Source: a bacterium
Lineage (GTDB): Bacteria; Bacillota; Clostridia; Oscillospirales; CAG-272
DNA length: 64,000 nucleotides
NCBI GenBank assembly: GCA_963627065.1
Contig: CAVGAA010000001.1
Span: 152,909 to 216,908, forward strand
Reading direction: 5' to 3'
Below, piece by piece: positions 1 to 7,890 of the stretch (position 1 is its first letter; every line of letters starts with the position of its first letter). Both the position numbers and the translations under genes were made by a program. Under the pieces are notes generated by a model. That model searched no databases, was not told the DNA's origin, and was given only the letters and a program-made list of their open reading frames with translations.

Positions 1-97
1 TTTTATATAAAAATGCAATAACTTTTGAAAAGATTTTAATGTATTTTTTGTTAAAACTTTTTGAGAGGGGATTTTTCGTGGATTATTTCTTCATTTT

Positions 98-448
98 TTA
101 ATTTTGTTGCCCGTTTTTATCGTCCTTTTTAGGTTTTACGGCAAGGTAAAGAACGAACAACAGTACGGCACACAGAGTAAGGCAAGCAATGGGGGAGATT
201 TTACCGGATTCGAGAGAACCGACAAGCCCGAGCATTCCGACAACCGAACCGACCGCAAAAATTGCACGGTACAGTCTTTTTGCCAAAGTCATGCAAAGCA
301 CCGAAAGCAGTTTGCGAATAGAGTTTACAACCTTTGCACGAAGACCGAAAATCGCACTTTGGTGAGGTTTGTACGCTTCCCGAAAAGATCCTTCAAAAGT
401 TCTGTTATTGGAATAAATCGTATCGATTTTTGTGTATGCTCTGTTCAT
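98..448 (-). CDS. small hypothetical membrane protein (about 116 aa)
   Basis: ORF 98..499(-). Start set at Met 448 because GGAGG lies 6 nt upstream (reverse complement of 455-459). The basic N-terminal half is followed by two hydrophobic stretches (AIFAVGSVVGMLGLVGS, IACLTLCAVLLFVLYLAV). It has its own consensus promoter. No family recognised. Confidence 0.5.
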   Translation of the reverse strand: MNRAYTKIDTIYSNNRTFEGSFREAYKPHQSAIFGLRAKVVNSIRKLLSVLCMTLAKRLYRAIFAVGSVVGMLGLVGSLESGKISPIACLTLCAVLLFVLYLAVKPKKDDKNGQQN

Positions 449-489
449 AATCAGCCTCCAAACAACCGTAATTGGAATATTGCGAGCAT

Positions 490-518
490 AGTATAACACA
501 CATTTTTTGATTTGTCAA
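490..518 (-). promoter_or_regulatory. sigma-A type promoter for the small membrane protein gene
   Basis: On the minus strand: TTGACA (513-518), 17 nt spacer, TATACT (490-495), preceded by TGTGT (TRTG -16 element). Confidence 0.55.
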
Positions 519-536
519 GTACTTTTTTCCAAAAAA

Positions 537-552
537 CGAAAAATATTTTTCG
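537..552. promoter_or_regulatory. perfect 16-bp palindrome between divergent promoters (candidate operator)
   Basis: cgaaaaatatttttcg is its own reverse complement. It sits between the minus-strand promoter (490-518) and the plus-strand promoter (561-588). Confidence 0.4.
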
Positions 553-560
553 AAACCCCT

Positions 561-588
561 TTACAAATCGATTTTTTTGTGTTATAAT
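561..588 (+). promoter_or_regulatory. sigma-A type promoter for the XRE-S24 repressor gene
   Basis: TTACAA (561-566), 16 nt spacer, TATAAT (583-588), preceded by TGTGT. Confidence 0.55.
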
Positions 589-617
589 AATACCACAAAC
601 GGTAAATGGAGGCAAAT

Positions 618-1424
618 ATGGAAACTTGCATCGATCGGATTAAATATTTGAAATCAAAGAAAAAAATCACAAATGAACGTTTATCGGAAATGACGGGCAT
701 TCCGCTCGGCACGTTGAGCAAACTCGTTGCCGGCATCTCCGATTCTCCGAAACTCGATAATGTCATCGCAATCGCCGAGGCTCTCGGAACATCGGTCGAT
801 TATATCGCAACCGGAAAGCCGGAAAATACTAACAATGCAACATTAAATAATGAAGAAATTTCCGTGATCGAGGAATACAGAAAACTCGATTATTGGGGCA
901 AGTCCGCCGTCGGTGCGGTTCTGCGGGAAGAGAGTAATCGTGTCGCCAACACTGCGAGTGCGGATACCGCACAACAAAGCATTTTTTCGCAAGACAAAAT
1001 TCTGCGGTCAAAATCCGGCAAAAACAACCGTCAGAACAAACGTTCCATATTGCTTTACGATTTGCCGGTGTCGGCAGGAACGGGCGAATATCTCGACAGC
1101 GACAATGCCGAGCATATTTCCGTTTCGTGGAACGAAAAGACTGCCGTTGCCGACTATGCACTCCGTGTCAGCGGTAACAGTATGGAACCTAATTATCACG
1201 ATCAGGACATTTTGCTCATTCAGGGAGTCAACGAAGTCGGTGTCGGCGAACTCGGCATTTTCGTCCTTGACGGGGCAGGCTATTTCAAAGTCTTCGGCGG
1301 TGACTGCCTGATCTCACTCAACCCCGCATATCAACCGATTATGCTCTGTGACTATTCCGAAATCAAATGTCTTGGCAGAGTCCTCGGCAGACTCAGACGG
1401 AAAGTACCGGCTGAAATCAATTAA
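618..1424 (+). CDS. XRE-family HTH repressor fused to an S24 (LexA/CI-like) autocleaving peptidase domain
   Basis: N-terminal HTH (KKITNERLSEMTGIPLGTLSKLVAG). Ala-Gly cleavage-site context (LPVSAGTGEY). S24 serine motif VSGNSMEP and a downstream Lys (GYFKVF). Start moved to the ATG at 618 because GGAGG at 608-612 is correctly spaced for it and not for 606. Confidence 0.85.
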   Translation: METCIDRIKYLKSKKKITNERLSEMTGIPLGTLSKLVAGISDSPKLDNVIAIAEALGTSVDYIATGKPENTNNATLNNEEISVIEEYRKLDYWGKSAVGAVLREESNRVANTASADTAQQSIFSQDKILRSKSGKNNRQNKRSILLYDLPVSAGTGEYLDSDNAEHISVSWNEKTAVADYALRVSGNSMEPNYHDQDILLIQGVNEVGVGELGIFVLDGAGYFKVFGGDCLISLNPAYQPIMLCDYSEIKCLGRVLGRLRRKVPAEIN

Positions 1425-1452
1425 ATTTACCATTCAATAAAATATAATGTAA

Positions 1453-1486
1453 AAGGTCGTTCTCTTGTCAGTTGGAGAACGACCTT
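1453..1486. terminator. bidirectional rho-independent terminator between convergent genes
   Basis: 12-bp stem aaggtcgttctc / gagaacgacctt with a 10-nt loop. A-run on the left and T-run on the right. Confidence 0.7.
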
Positions 1487-1712
1487 ATTTTATCGGATTC
1501 GGTTTATCTGTCAGGCAGAGAATGTAATCGGCACTGACTCCGTAATAACGGCATAAAGCGATGAGGTGATGAATCGGCAATTCGTTTTCGCCTCGCTCAT
1601 ATCTGGAATACATCGTTTGCGAAGTTTTGAGATAATTTGCAATATCTTGTTGTGTCTTGTCGTTGTCTTCACGCAAGTTTCGAATTCTTGTAACGTAGTC
1701 CATTACCGACAT
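1485..1712 (-). CDS. small XRE-family HTH transcriptional regulator (Cro/CI-like)
   Basis: 75 aa. HTH_3 pattern (RIRNLREDNDKTQQDIANYLKTSQTMYSRYERGENELPIHHLIALCRYYGVSADYI). The GGAG directly abuts the first ATG, so the Met at 1703 (MDYV...) may be the true start. Confidence 0.8.
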   Translation of the reverse strand: MSVMDYVTRIRNLREDNDKTQQDIANYLKTSQTMYSRYERGENELPIHHLIALCRYYGVSADYILCLTDKPNPIK

Positions 1713-1759
1713 CTCCGATCATAATCTGAAAATATTATAACAAAAATTTAAGATAACTC

Positions 1760-1788
1760 TTGATTTTAGTAAACATTTGTGTTATAAT
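1760..1788 (+). promoter_or_regulatory. distal sigma-A type promoter upstream of the HTH-membrane gene
   Basis: TTGATT (1760-1765), 17 nt spacer, TATAAT (1783-1788), with TGTGT upstream. Confidence 0.45.
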
Positions 1789-1854
1789 TAGTGTCGAGAA
1801 GTCGAAAAAGTTATAATTCAACAAACTGTTTAGCTTCTTCAACGCCTTGTTGCT

Positions 1855-1882
1855 TTACAAATTGTTGTTTTGGGTGTATAAT
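1855..1882 (+). promoter_or_regulatory. proximal sigma-A type promoter upstream of the HTH-membrane gene
   Basis: TTACAA (1855-1860), 16 nt spacer, TATAAT (1877-1882), preceded by TGGGTG. Confidence 0.45.
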
Positions 1883-1914
1883 AGAGATGACCAAATAACA
1901 GGAGGTTTCAATAT

Positions 1915-2769
1915 ATGATAGGTCAGAACATCAAAAGATTGCGTACGGAAAATCAAATGACGCAAAAGGCATTGGCAGACAAACTTTTTGTAACCGCACA
2001 GGCGGTATCGAGGTGGGAAAACGAAGAAGTCGAACCGTCCCTCTCGACCGTCACGGAAATCGCCCGTATCTTCAATGTATCGGCGGACGAAATTCTCGGT
2101 CTTCCGGAGAAGGCACAAACCGAACCGGTGGAAACAGAGCCGAAGGAGAAAGAACCCGAACCGAAAGTCGAAGTGCGGACGGAATATGTATATAAGGAAG
2201 CAAAACCGGTTCTGGGCGTTTGCGAAATCTGCAACAACCCGATTTACGAACCTGATGACCTGATTCGTGACAGTGACAATCATATTTTCTGCAAATCCTG
2301 CAAGGATAAGAAGGATACCGAAAGGCTGAATTCTTCAATTAACGCCGGTATTCACAACAGACATCTTGCATTCGGTTGGAGTATCGTTGCGGCAATCGCC
2401 GTCATTGTAGCCGGTATCATTACCTGCTATAAACTCGGTAATTGGGTACTCATCACCGCATTTGCAGGAGGATCGCTTGCAATTTTCACACTGGTTTCCT
2501 GTTGCATCCTTGATAATAACTTTATCGGCGAAATGGTTGAGTCGATTTTCTCATGGGGATTTGTCAAATTCCCGGGCGTAATTTTTGAACTTGACCTTGA
2601 TGGTATTATTTGGCTTTTAACCGTTAAATTGTTTTTCTGGATTATCGGAATTATTCTCGCTTGTGCCAGCGGTGCACTCGCAATTGCAATAGGCGGAGTT
2701 ATGTCACTGTTCGTTTACCCGTACGCTATTGCCAAGAATTACAAGCATCCGGAAAAGTTTTTTGAATAA
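1915..2769 (+). CDS. membrane-anchored XRE-family HTH protein with a zinc-ribbon-like CxxC...CxxC segment and a multi-pass C-terminal domain
   Basis: RBS AGGAGG 8 nt upstream. N-terminal HTH (IKRLRTENQMTQKALADKLFVTAQAVSRWENEEVEPS). Pro/Glu/Lys-rich linker. CEICNNP...FCKSCKDK. About four hydrophobic helices follow (WSIVAAIAVIVAGIITCY etc.). Confidence 0.75.
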   Translation: MIGQNIKRLRTENQMTQKALADKLFVTAQAVSRWENEEVEPSLSTVTEIARIFNVSADEILGLPEKAQTEPVETEPKEKEPEPKVEVRTEYVYKEAKPVLGVCEICNNPIYEPDDLIRDSDNHIFCKSCKDKKDTERLNSSINAGIHNRHLAFGWSIVAAIAVIVAGIITCYKLGNWVLITAFAGGSLAIFTLVSCCILDNNFIGEMVESIFSWGFVKFPGVIFELDLDGIIWLLTVKLFFWIIGIILACASGALAIAIGGVMSLFVYPYAIAKNYKHPEKFFE

Positions 2770-2828
2770 TCTTTGTTTTGTGCAGTGAAAACTGTCAAAA
2801 ATAATAAAAAGGAAGGATTTCTTACATT

Positions 2829-4670
2829 ATGAAAAAACTGCTCTTACTCCTGACATTCGCTCTTCTGCTTGCCTTGCCACTTGTTTCCTGTGATAAGGAC
2901 AAAAAAGAGGACGAAACCAAAAGTTCGAAAACCGAAGAACAGGTTATTTCCACAGACGACAACTCCGCAACAGACGAAAAGCCCACCGAAAAAGTGACTG
3001 AAAAGTCAACGGAGAAGTCGACCGAAAAGGTAACCGAAAAAGTCACGGAAAAAGTCACGGAAAAAGTCACAGAAAAAGTCACAGAAAAAGTCACGGAAAA
3101 GGTGACCGAAAAAACAACCGAAGCTCCGACTGAAACTCCGACTGAAGCTCCGACTGAAGCTCCGACTGAAGCTCCGACTGAAGCTCCGACCGAAGAACCA
3201 AAACCGGTTGTTTACGAAGTTAAGTTCAATTCCAACGGCGGAAGTGCGGTCGACTCGATTCAGGTAACATCCGGCAATTCGATTTCCGCCCCCACAAAAC
3301 CGACTTTGGAAGGCAAAGCCTTCGCCGGTTGGTGTAGCGATGCATCGCTTACGACTGCGGTTGAATTTCCGCTGACCGTTACCAAAAATATGACTTTGTA
3401 TGCAAAGTGGAATGAAGTTGTTCCGATTAAAACATACCTCAAAGCTTTGATGGACGGTTACAAACTCAATCCTTACAGTTACATTCCGCAGACAATGCAA
3501 CCCGGCGGTGTGACGGTCGATAAAACAAAACTGACCTCCGATTACAGCGATTTTGTCAATGTTTCCGCTATTCCGACCGACGGCTACGGCGAACAGTGGC
3601 ACATGATCACCGATAACCTGAACCAATCCATGACATTCTTTAAGGCTTTGTCAGTTGTTGAGGGCATTTCGACAACCTCCGTCGCAACCTTTAATAACTG
3701 GTTTGACCAAAATCCGGCAGATACGGCACATCACTCCTTTAAAGACGGCGTATACAATGTCACCATTGATTTTGACGGAAGTCGAATTCTGTATGTTTTG
3801 GACTACACTTTGGCGGGACAGAGTGCCCAGATTGCTCTTTCTATGGACATTACAACCAGCGTCAAAACCGTTCGCATTCAGCTTGCCGATGCTAACGCTC
3901 TTGCTTATACAATTACCGACAATTCTTACTCGTTCGCTATCAAATATCTCGGTATCAGAACCGCATATTTCACGGTTTCCCGTGCGAAAGACGGAACGGT
4001 TACGGGACAAATCAACGAACATTTGACTTTTGAAGGGGTTGGTACCCACAGTTCCGCAGACTTTATCATTACCGATACATACGTTTCCGCAGTCGGAAAC
4101 AAAGCAGGCGGTTTGGTCGGCTTTACCGGATATATCAACGAACTTTACGATGTCAAGACCGGTAAGTTGCTCGGCTACGAAGTCCGTGAAACGGTCAGCA
4201 AACTGACGTATAATACACTGTGGTTCAATCTTTCCGATATTTCCGGTCTGACCTCGATCAAATATCAGGAGAAGACCGACGAAGTCGATGAGGCATTCTA
4301 TGTCAACGGGCTGACAACCGCATGGGCCAACAAAAAAGTCGGCGGTTTTACCCTCAAAACTGCTTCCAGACGGTTTGACATCGAAATGAGAACCAAGTAT
4401 GTTTATGTTCTTGCCGAAGACGGCGAAAGTTACGAAGAAGTTGCAATCGAAGTCCCTATGTTCTTCGTGCAGGAGGAACAATACGAAACACTGTCGGCGG
4501 ATATTAAAGAAGTCAATGCCGATGTAACGGCTTCCGTAGCACTCGATGCAAAATATCTTACAAAGATTGAATCCGATTACGATACTTTGGTTGATGCATT
4601 CATCGAACACAAAAACGCAATGGACGAAGACACAATCAGATCTAAAATCGGCAACAAAATAACATTCTGA
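2829..4670 (+). CDS. surface lipoprotein with a repetitive linker, one Listeria/Bacteroides-type (Flg_new/InlB B-repeat-like) repeat and a large uncharacterised C-terminal domain
   Basis: Signal peptide with lipobox LVS-C21. TEKx x11 and TE(A/T/E)P x7 linker. YEVKFNSNGGSAVDSI...GKAFAGWCSD...MTLYAKW matches the Flg_new repeat pattern. The remaining roughly 400 aa have no motif I recognise. Confidence 0.8.
   Translation: MKKLLLLLTFALLLALPLVSCDKDKKEDETKSSKTEEQVISTDDNSATDEKPTEKVTEKSTEKSTEKVTEKVTEKVTEKVTEKVTEKVTEKVTEKTTEAPTETPTEAPTEAPTEAPTEAPTEEPKPVVYEVKFNSNGGSAVDSIQVTSGNSISAPTKPTLEGKAFAGWCSDASLTTAVEFPLTVTKNMTLYAKWNEVVPIKTYLKALMDGYKLNPYSYIPQTMQPGGVTVDKTKLTSDYSDFVNVSAIPTDGYGEQWHMITDNLNQSMTFFKALSVVEGISTTSVATFNNWFDQNPADTAHHSFKDGVYNVTIDFDGSRILYVLDYTLAGQSAQIALSMDITTSVKTVRIQLADANALAYTITDNSYSFAIKYLGIRTAYFTVSRAKDGTVTGQINEHLTFEGVGTHSSADFIITDTYVSAVGNKAGGLVGFTGYINELYDVKTGKLLGYEVRETVSKLTYNTLWFNLSDISGLTSIKYQEKTDEVDEAFYVNGLTTAWANKKVGGFTLKTASRRFDIEMRTKYVYVLAEDGESYEEVAIEVPMFFVQEEQYETLSADIKEVNADVTASVALDAKYLTKIESDYDTLVDAFIEHKNAMDEDTIRSKIGNKITF
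2985..3116 (+). repeat. in-frame 12-nt tandem repeat, 11 units (TEKV/TEKS/TEKT)
   Basis: Repeated accgaaaaagtc-type units, read directly in the sequence and in the translation. Confidence 0.95.
3117..3200 (+). repeat. in-frame 12-nt tandem repeat, 7 units (TEAP/TETP/TEEP)
   Basis: actgaagctccg repeated with near identity, read directly. Confidence 0.95.
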
Positions 4671-4696
4671 TCTATTCACAGTAACCTTAATCCCAC

Positions 4697-4726
4697 ATCC
4701 CTTCGAGTCCGCTCGAAGGGATTTTT
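4697..4726 (+). terminator. rho-independent terminator after the lipoprotein gene
   Basis: Stem atcccttcgag / ctcgaagggat, loop tccg, then TTTT. Confidence 0.75.
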
Positions 4727-4755
4727 GACTTTTAAGGAAAATTTACTTTTTCCTC

Positions 4756-4784
4756 TTGCAAGTTTGCCGAAAAAATGGTATAAT
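4756..4784 (+). promoter_or_regulatory. sigma-A type promoter (rsuA-tex)
   Basis: TTGCAA, 17 nt spacer, TATAAT with a TGG extended -10. Confidence 0.6.
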
Positions 4785-4824
4785 ATACAAGTATGGTCAA
4801 AATCAATTCGAAAAGGGGAGTTTT

Positions 4825-5550
4825 ATGCGACTTGACAAATTCATTTGCGATTGCGGACTTGCAAGCCGTAGCGAAATTTCCCGAGCCTGCCGTGCAGGTG
4901 GCGTTACAGTGAACGGCGTGCCTGTCAAAAAAGCCGATTTCGGAGTCAATCCGGAAACCGATGCGGTCATCTATTGCGGACGAAAGGTCGTTTGGCGAAA
5001 ATTTGTCTATCTGCTACTCAACAAACCGCAAGGGTATGTCAGTGCAACCGAGGACGGTGATGCTCCGTGCGTGACCGAACTCGTGCCTGCCGAATATCGC
5101 AAAATGGAAATTTTTCCGTGCGGTCGGCTCGATAAATACACCACCGGATTGATGCTCCTGACGAATGACGGTCAACTTGCCCACAAACTGTTAGCCCCGA
5201 AAAGCCATGTCACCAAGCGTTACGGCTTTTGTGTGGCGTTACCACTCACGGATGTCGACATTGCAAAATTGGAATCGGGTGTCAATATCGGCGACTGTAC
5301 CACAGCCCCATGCAAAATTACGCTCGATACCGCCGAAACCGGTCAAATTGAAATCACCGAGGGCAAATATCACCAAATCAAACGCATGATGGAAACGGTC
5401 GGAAACAAAATCACCGAATTGGAACGCCTGACATTCGGACCGCTGAAACTTGACAGAACACTCGGACGTGGACAGTGGCGAGAACTGACCGCCGATGAAA
5501 TCAATGCTTTGCAAAATGCCCCAAATGAGAAAGGACTCAACAAAGAATGA
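4825..5550 (+). CDS. rsuA: RsuA-family rRNA pseudouridine synthase
   Basis: S4 domain at the N-terminus (MRLDKFICDCGLASRSE). Catalytic Asp motif GRLDKYTTGLMLLTNDG. Start chosen at 4825 (GGGGAG RBS) rather than the track start 4756. Confidence 0.85.
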   Translation: MRLDKFICDCGLASRSEISRACRAGGVTVNGVPVKKADFGVNPETDAVIYCGRKVVWRKFVYLLLNKPQGYVSATEDGDAPCVTELVPAEYRKMEIFPCGRLDKYTTGLMLLTNDGQLAHKLLAPKSHVTKRYGFCVALPLTDVDIAKLESGVNIGDCTTAPCKITLDTAETGQIEITEGKYHQIKRMMETVGNKITELERLTFGPLKLDRTLGRGQWRELTADEINALQNAPNEKGLNKE

Positions 5551-7706
5551 ACATTATCGAAACACTTGCAACCGAATTTTCGCTCCGCACCGAGCAGGTC
5601 GAAAAAACGGTCGCCCTGATTGACGAGGGCAACACCATTCCGTTTATCGCACGTTACCGCAAAGAAGTCACCGGTAGCCTTGACGATACGGTCCTGCGTG
5701 ACCTTTACGACCGACTGACCTTCCTTCGCAACCTCGAAAAACGCAAGGAAGAAGTTGCAACGCTCATAGCCGGTCAGGACAAAATGACACCCGAAATTCA
5801 ATCGGCAATCGACAACGCCAAAACGATTACCGAGGTGGAAGACATTTACCGTCCGTACCGTCCGCACCGCAAAACCCGTGCATCTGTCGCAAGAGAAAAA
5901 GGTCTTGAACCGCTTGCCGAATTGCTTCTGTCGCAGGAAAAGACCTATACGCCGAGCATCGAGGAGCAGGCGAGTGTATTCATAAATGAAGAAAAAGGTG
6001 TGAATTCCGTTGAAGAAGCACTGCAGGGGGCAAAAGACATCATTGCCGAAGACATTTCCGACAATGCCGAATACCGCAAGGAATTGAGAACCTTGACCTT
6101 TGAAATCGGTACGTTGATTTCCAAAGGCACAAAAGAGGAAGATTCGGTTTATTCGCAATACTATGATTTTTCCGAAGCCGTCAAAAAGATTGCACCGCAC
6201 CGTGTTTTGGCACTCAACCGTGGTGAAAAAGAAGAATATCTCAAAGTGACCTTGTCGGTCGACGAAGACACCGTTCTCAAAAATCTGCGTGGCGTTTTGC
6301 TCAAAGGCAACGGAAGTCCCGCAACGCCGTATGTGGCGGAAGCCCTTACCGACAGTTATGAACGCCTGATTGCTCCGTCAATCGAAAGGGAAATCCGAAA
6401 CGACATTTTCGACAATGCCTGCGAAGGGGCTATCAAAGTGTTTGCCGATAACCTCAGTCACCTTCTGATGCAATCACCGCTCAAAGGTAAAACCGTTCTC
6501 GGATTCGATCCCGGTTATGCACACGGTTGCAAACTGGCGGTTGTTGACAAGACCGGAAAAGTGATTGATACCGGTGTCATTTATCCCGTCAAGCCCCGTG
6601 AAGACATTGAAAGAAGCAAAGCGATTGTCAAACGGATGATCGAAAAGCATCACGTTGATGTAATTGCAATCGGCAACGGAACGGCATCGAAAGAAAGCGA
6701 AATTTTCATTGCAAACCTGCTCAAAGAAATTCCGCAGGATGTCAAATACATTGTTGTCAGCGAGGCGGGGGCATCCATTTATTCCGCATCGAAACTTGCG
6801 GCGGAAGAATTTCCGGAATATGACGTAATGCAACGGAGTGCCGTATCGATTGCAAGACGTCTGCAAGATCCGTTGGCGGAACTCATCAAAATCGATCCGA
6901 AAGGCATCGGTGTCGGGCAGTACCAACACGATATGAAGCAGGCAAGACTGGACGAGGCTTTGGGCGGAGTTGTGGAAGATTGCGTCAATTCGGTCGGTGT
7001 CGATGTCAACACGGCATCCTATTCACTGCTTTCCTATATTTCCGGAATCAATCTCGCATCGGCGAAAAATATTGTCAAATACCGTGAGGAAAACGGCGAA
7101 TTTTCCTATCGTTCGCAACTGCTGAACGTCCCGAGAATAGGTGCAAAAGCTTATGAGCAGGCAGCCGGATTCTTGCGTGTCCCGGGCGGAAAAGAAATTC
7201 TCGACAACACCGGCGTACACCCCGAATCTTACGAAGCAACCGAAAAACTGCTCGCTCTCTTCGGATATAACCGTGACGACGTGCGGGACGGAAATCTCAA
7301 AGAACTGCGTGGAAAAGTCACGAAAGAGGGGAGTGCAAAGGTCTGTGAACAACTCGGCATCGGGCTTCCGACACTCGAGGACATTTTGACCGAGCTCGAA
7401 AAGCCGGGGCGTGATATCCGTGACACATTACCGCCTCCGGTACTCCGTGACGATATTTTGAGCCTTGAAGACTTGAAACCCGATATGGAATTGACGGGTA
7501 CGGTGCGGAATGTAACCGACTTCGGAGCATTCGTCGACATCGGCGTACACCAAGACGGTCTGGTGCATATTTCCAATCTGTCCGACCGTTTCGTCAAACA
7601 TCCGTCCGATGTGGTCAAAGTCGGCGACATCGTAAAAGTGCGGGTCTTGACGGTTGACGTGCAGAAGAAGCGTATCGGGCTTACAATGAAGACGAAAAAC
7701 ACTTAA
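5547..7706 (+). CDS. tex: Tex-like transcription accessory protein (YqgF/HHH/S1 domains)
   Basis: 719 aa. N-terminus LIDEGNTIPFIARYRKE. RuvC/YqgF-like core. C-terminal S1 domain (GTVRNVTDFGAFVDIGVHQDGLVHIS). ATGA overlap with rsuA. Confidence 0.9.
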   Translation: MNIIETLATEFSLRTEQVEKTVALIDEGNTIPFIARYRKEVTGSLDDTVLRDLYDRLTFLRNLEKRKEEVATLIAGQDKMTPEIQSAIDNAKTITEVEDIYRPYRPHRKTRASVAREKGLEPLAELLLSQEKTYTPSIEEQASVFINEEKGVNSVEEALQGAKDIIAEDISDNAEYRKELRTLTFEIGTLISKGTKEEDSVYSQYYDFSEAVKKIAPHRVLALNRGEKEEYLKVTLSVDEDTVLKNLRGVLLKGNGSPATPYVAEALTDSYERLIAPSIEREIRNDIFDNACEGAIKVFADNLSHLLMQSPLKGKTVLGFDPGYAHGCKLAVVDKTGKVIDTGVIYPVKPREDIERSKAIVKRMIEKHHVDVIAIGNGTASKESEIFIANLLKEIPQDVKYIVVSEAGASIYSASKLAAEEFPEYDVMQRSAVSIARRLQDPLAELIKIDPKGIGVGQYQHDMKQARLDEALGGVVEDCVNSVGVDVNTASYSLLSYISGINLASAKNIVKYREENGEFSYRSQLLNVPRIGAKAYEQAAGFLRVPGGKEILDNTGVHPESYEATEKLLALFGYNRDDVRDGNLKELRGKVTKEGSAKVCEQLGIGLPTLEDILTELEKPGRDIRDTLPPPVLRDDILSLEDLKPDMELTGTVRNVTDFGAFVDIGVHQDGLVHISNLSDRFVKHPSDVVKVGDIVKVRVLTVDVQKKRIGLTMKTKNT

Positions 7707-7809
7707 ATTTTAATATATTAAGATAAATTTCGTTTTGATATTCATATAAGCACATTTGCTTTGTAAAAGTTGCACAAATTTTGGCAGTGATTTTTGGTGA
7801 AAAAAACAC

Positions 7810-7838
7810 TTACAATTTCGCAAAAAATCTGCTATAAT
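7810..7838 (+). promoter_or_regulatory. sigma-A type promoter (sugar ABC ATPase)
   Basis: TTACAA, 17 nt spacer, TATAAT. Confidence 0.5.
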
Positions 7839-7890
7839 ATTAAAGTATGATATAATCGCTCATAATGGGCAATAGGAGGATTCAGAAAAG

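Noticed and set aside
2790-2802. 13-mer aactgtcaaaaat shared between the upstream regions of the two lipoprotein genes (also at 22389-22401).
   Set aside because: For 64 kb, tens of identical 13-mer pairs are expected by chance, more so in AT-rich DNA. There is no extended similarity around the match.
2985-3200. Regularly spaced short repeats that could superficially suggest a CRISPR-like array.
   Set aside because: The period is 12 nt with no spacers. The repeats are in frame within a lipoprotein gene and translate to TEKV/TEAP linker repeats.
1-4700. Prophage or integrative element suggested by the CI-like repressor and the small Cro-like HTH.
   Set aside because: No integrase, excisionase, terminase, capsid or att-like repeats are visible inside the window. 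The element, if any, would lie left of position 1, so it cannot be called here.
7782-7798. Sigma-54-like TGGCA element upstream of msmX.
   Set aside because: The -12 element (TTGC) is missing, since the sequence reads TTTGG. No enhancer-binding protein gene is nearby, and a good sigma-A promoter lies just downstream.
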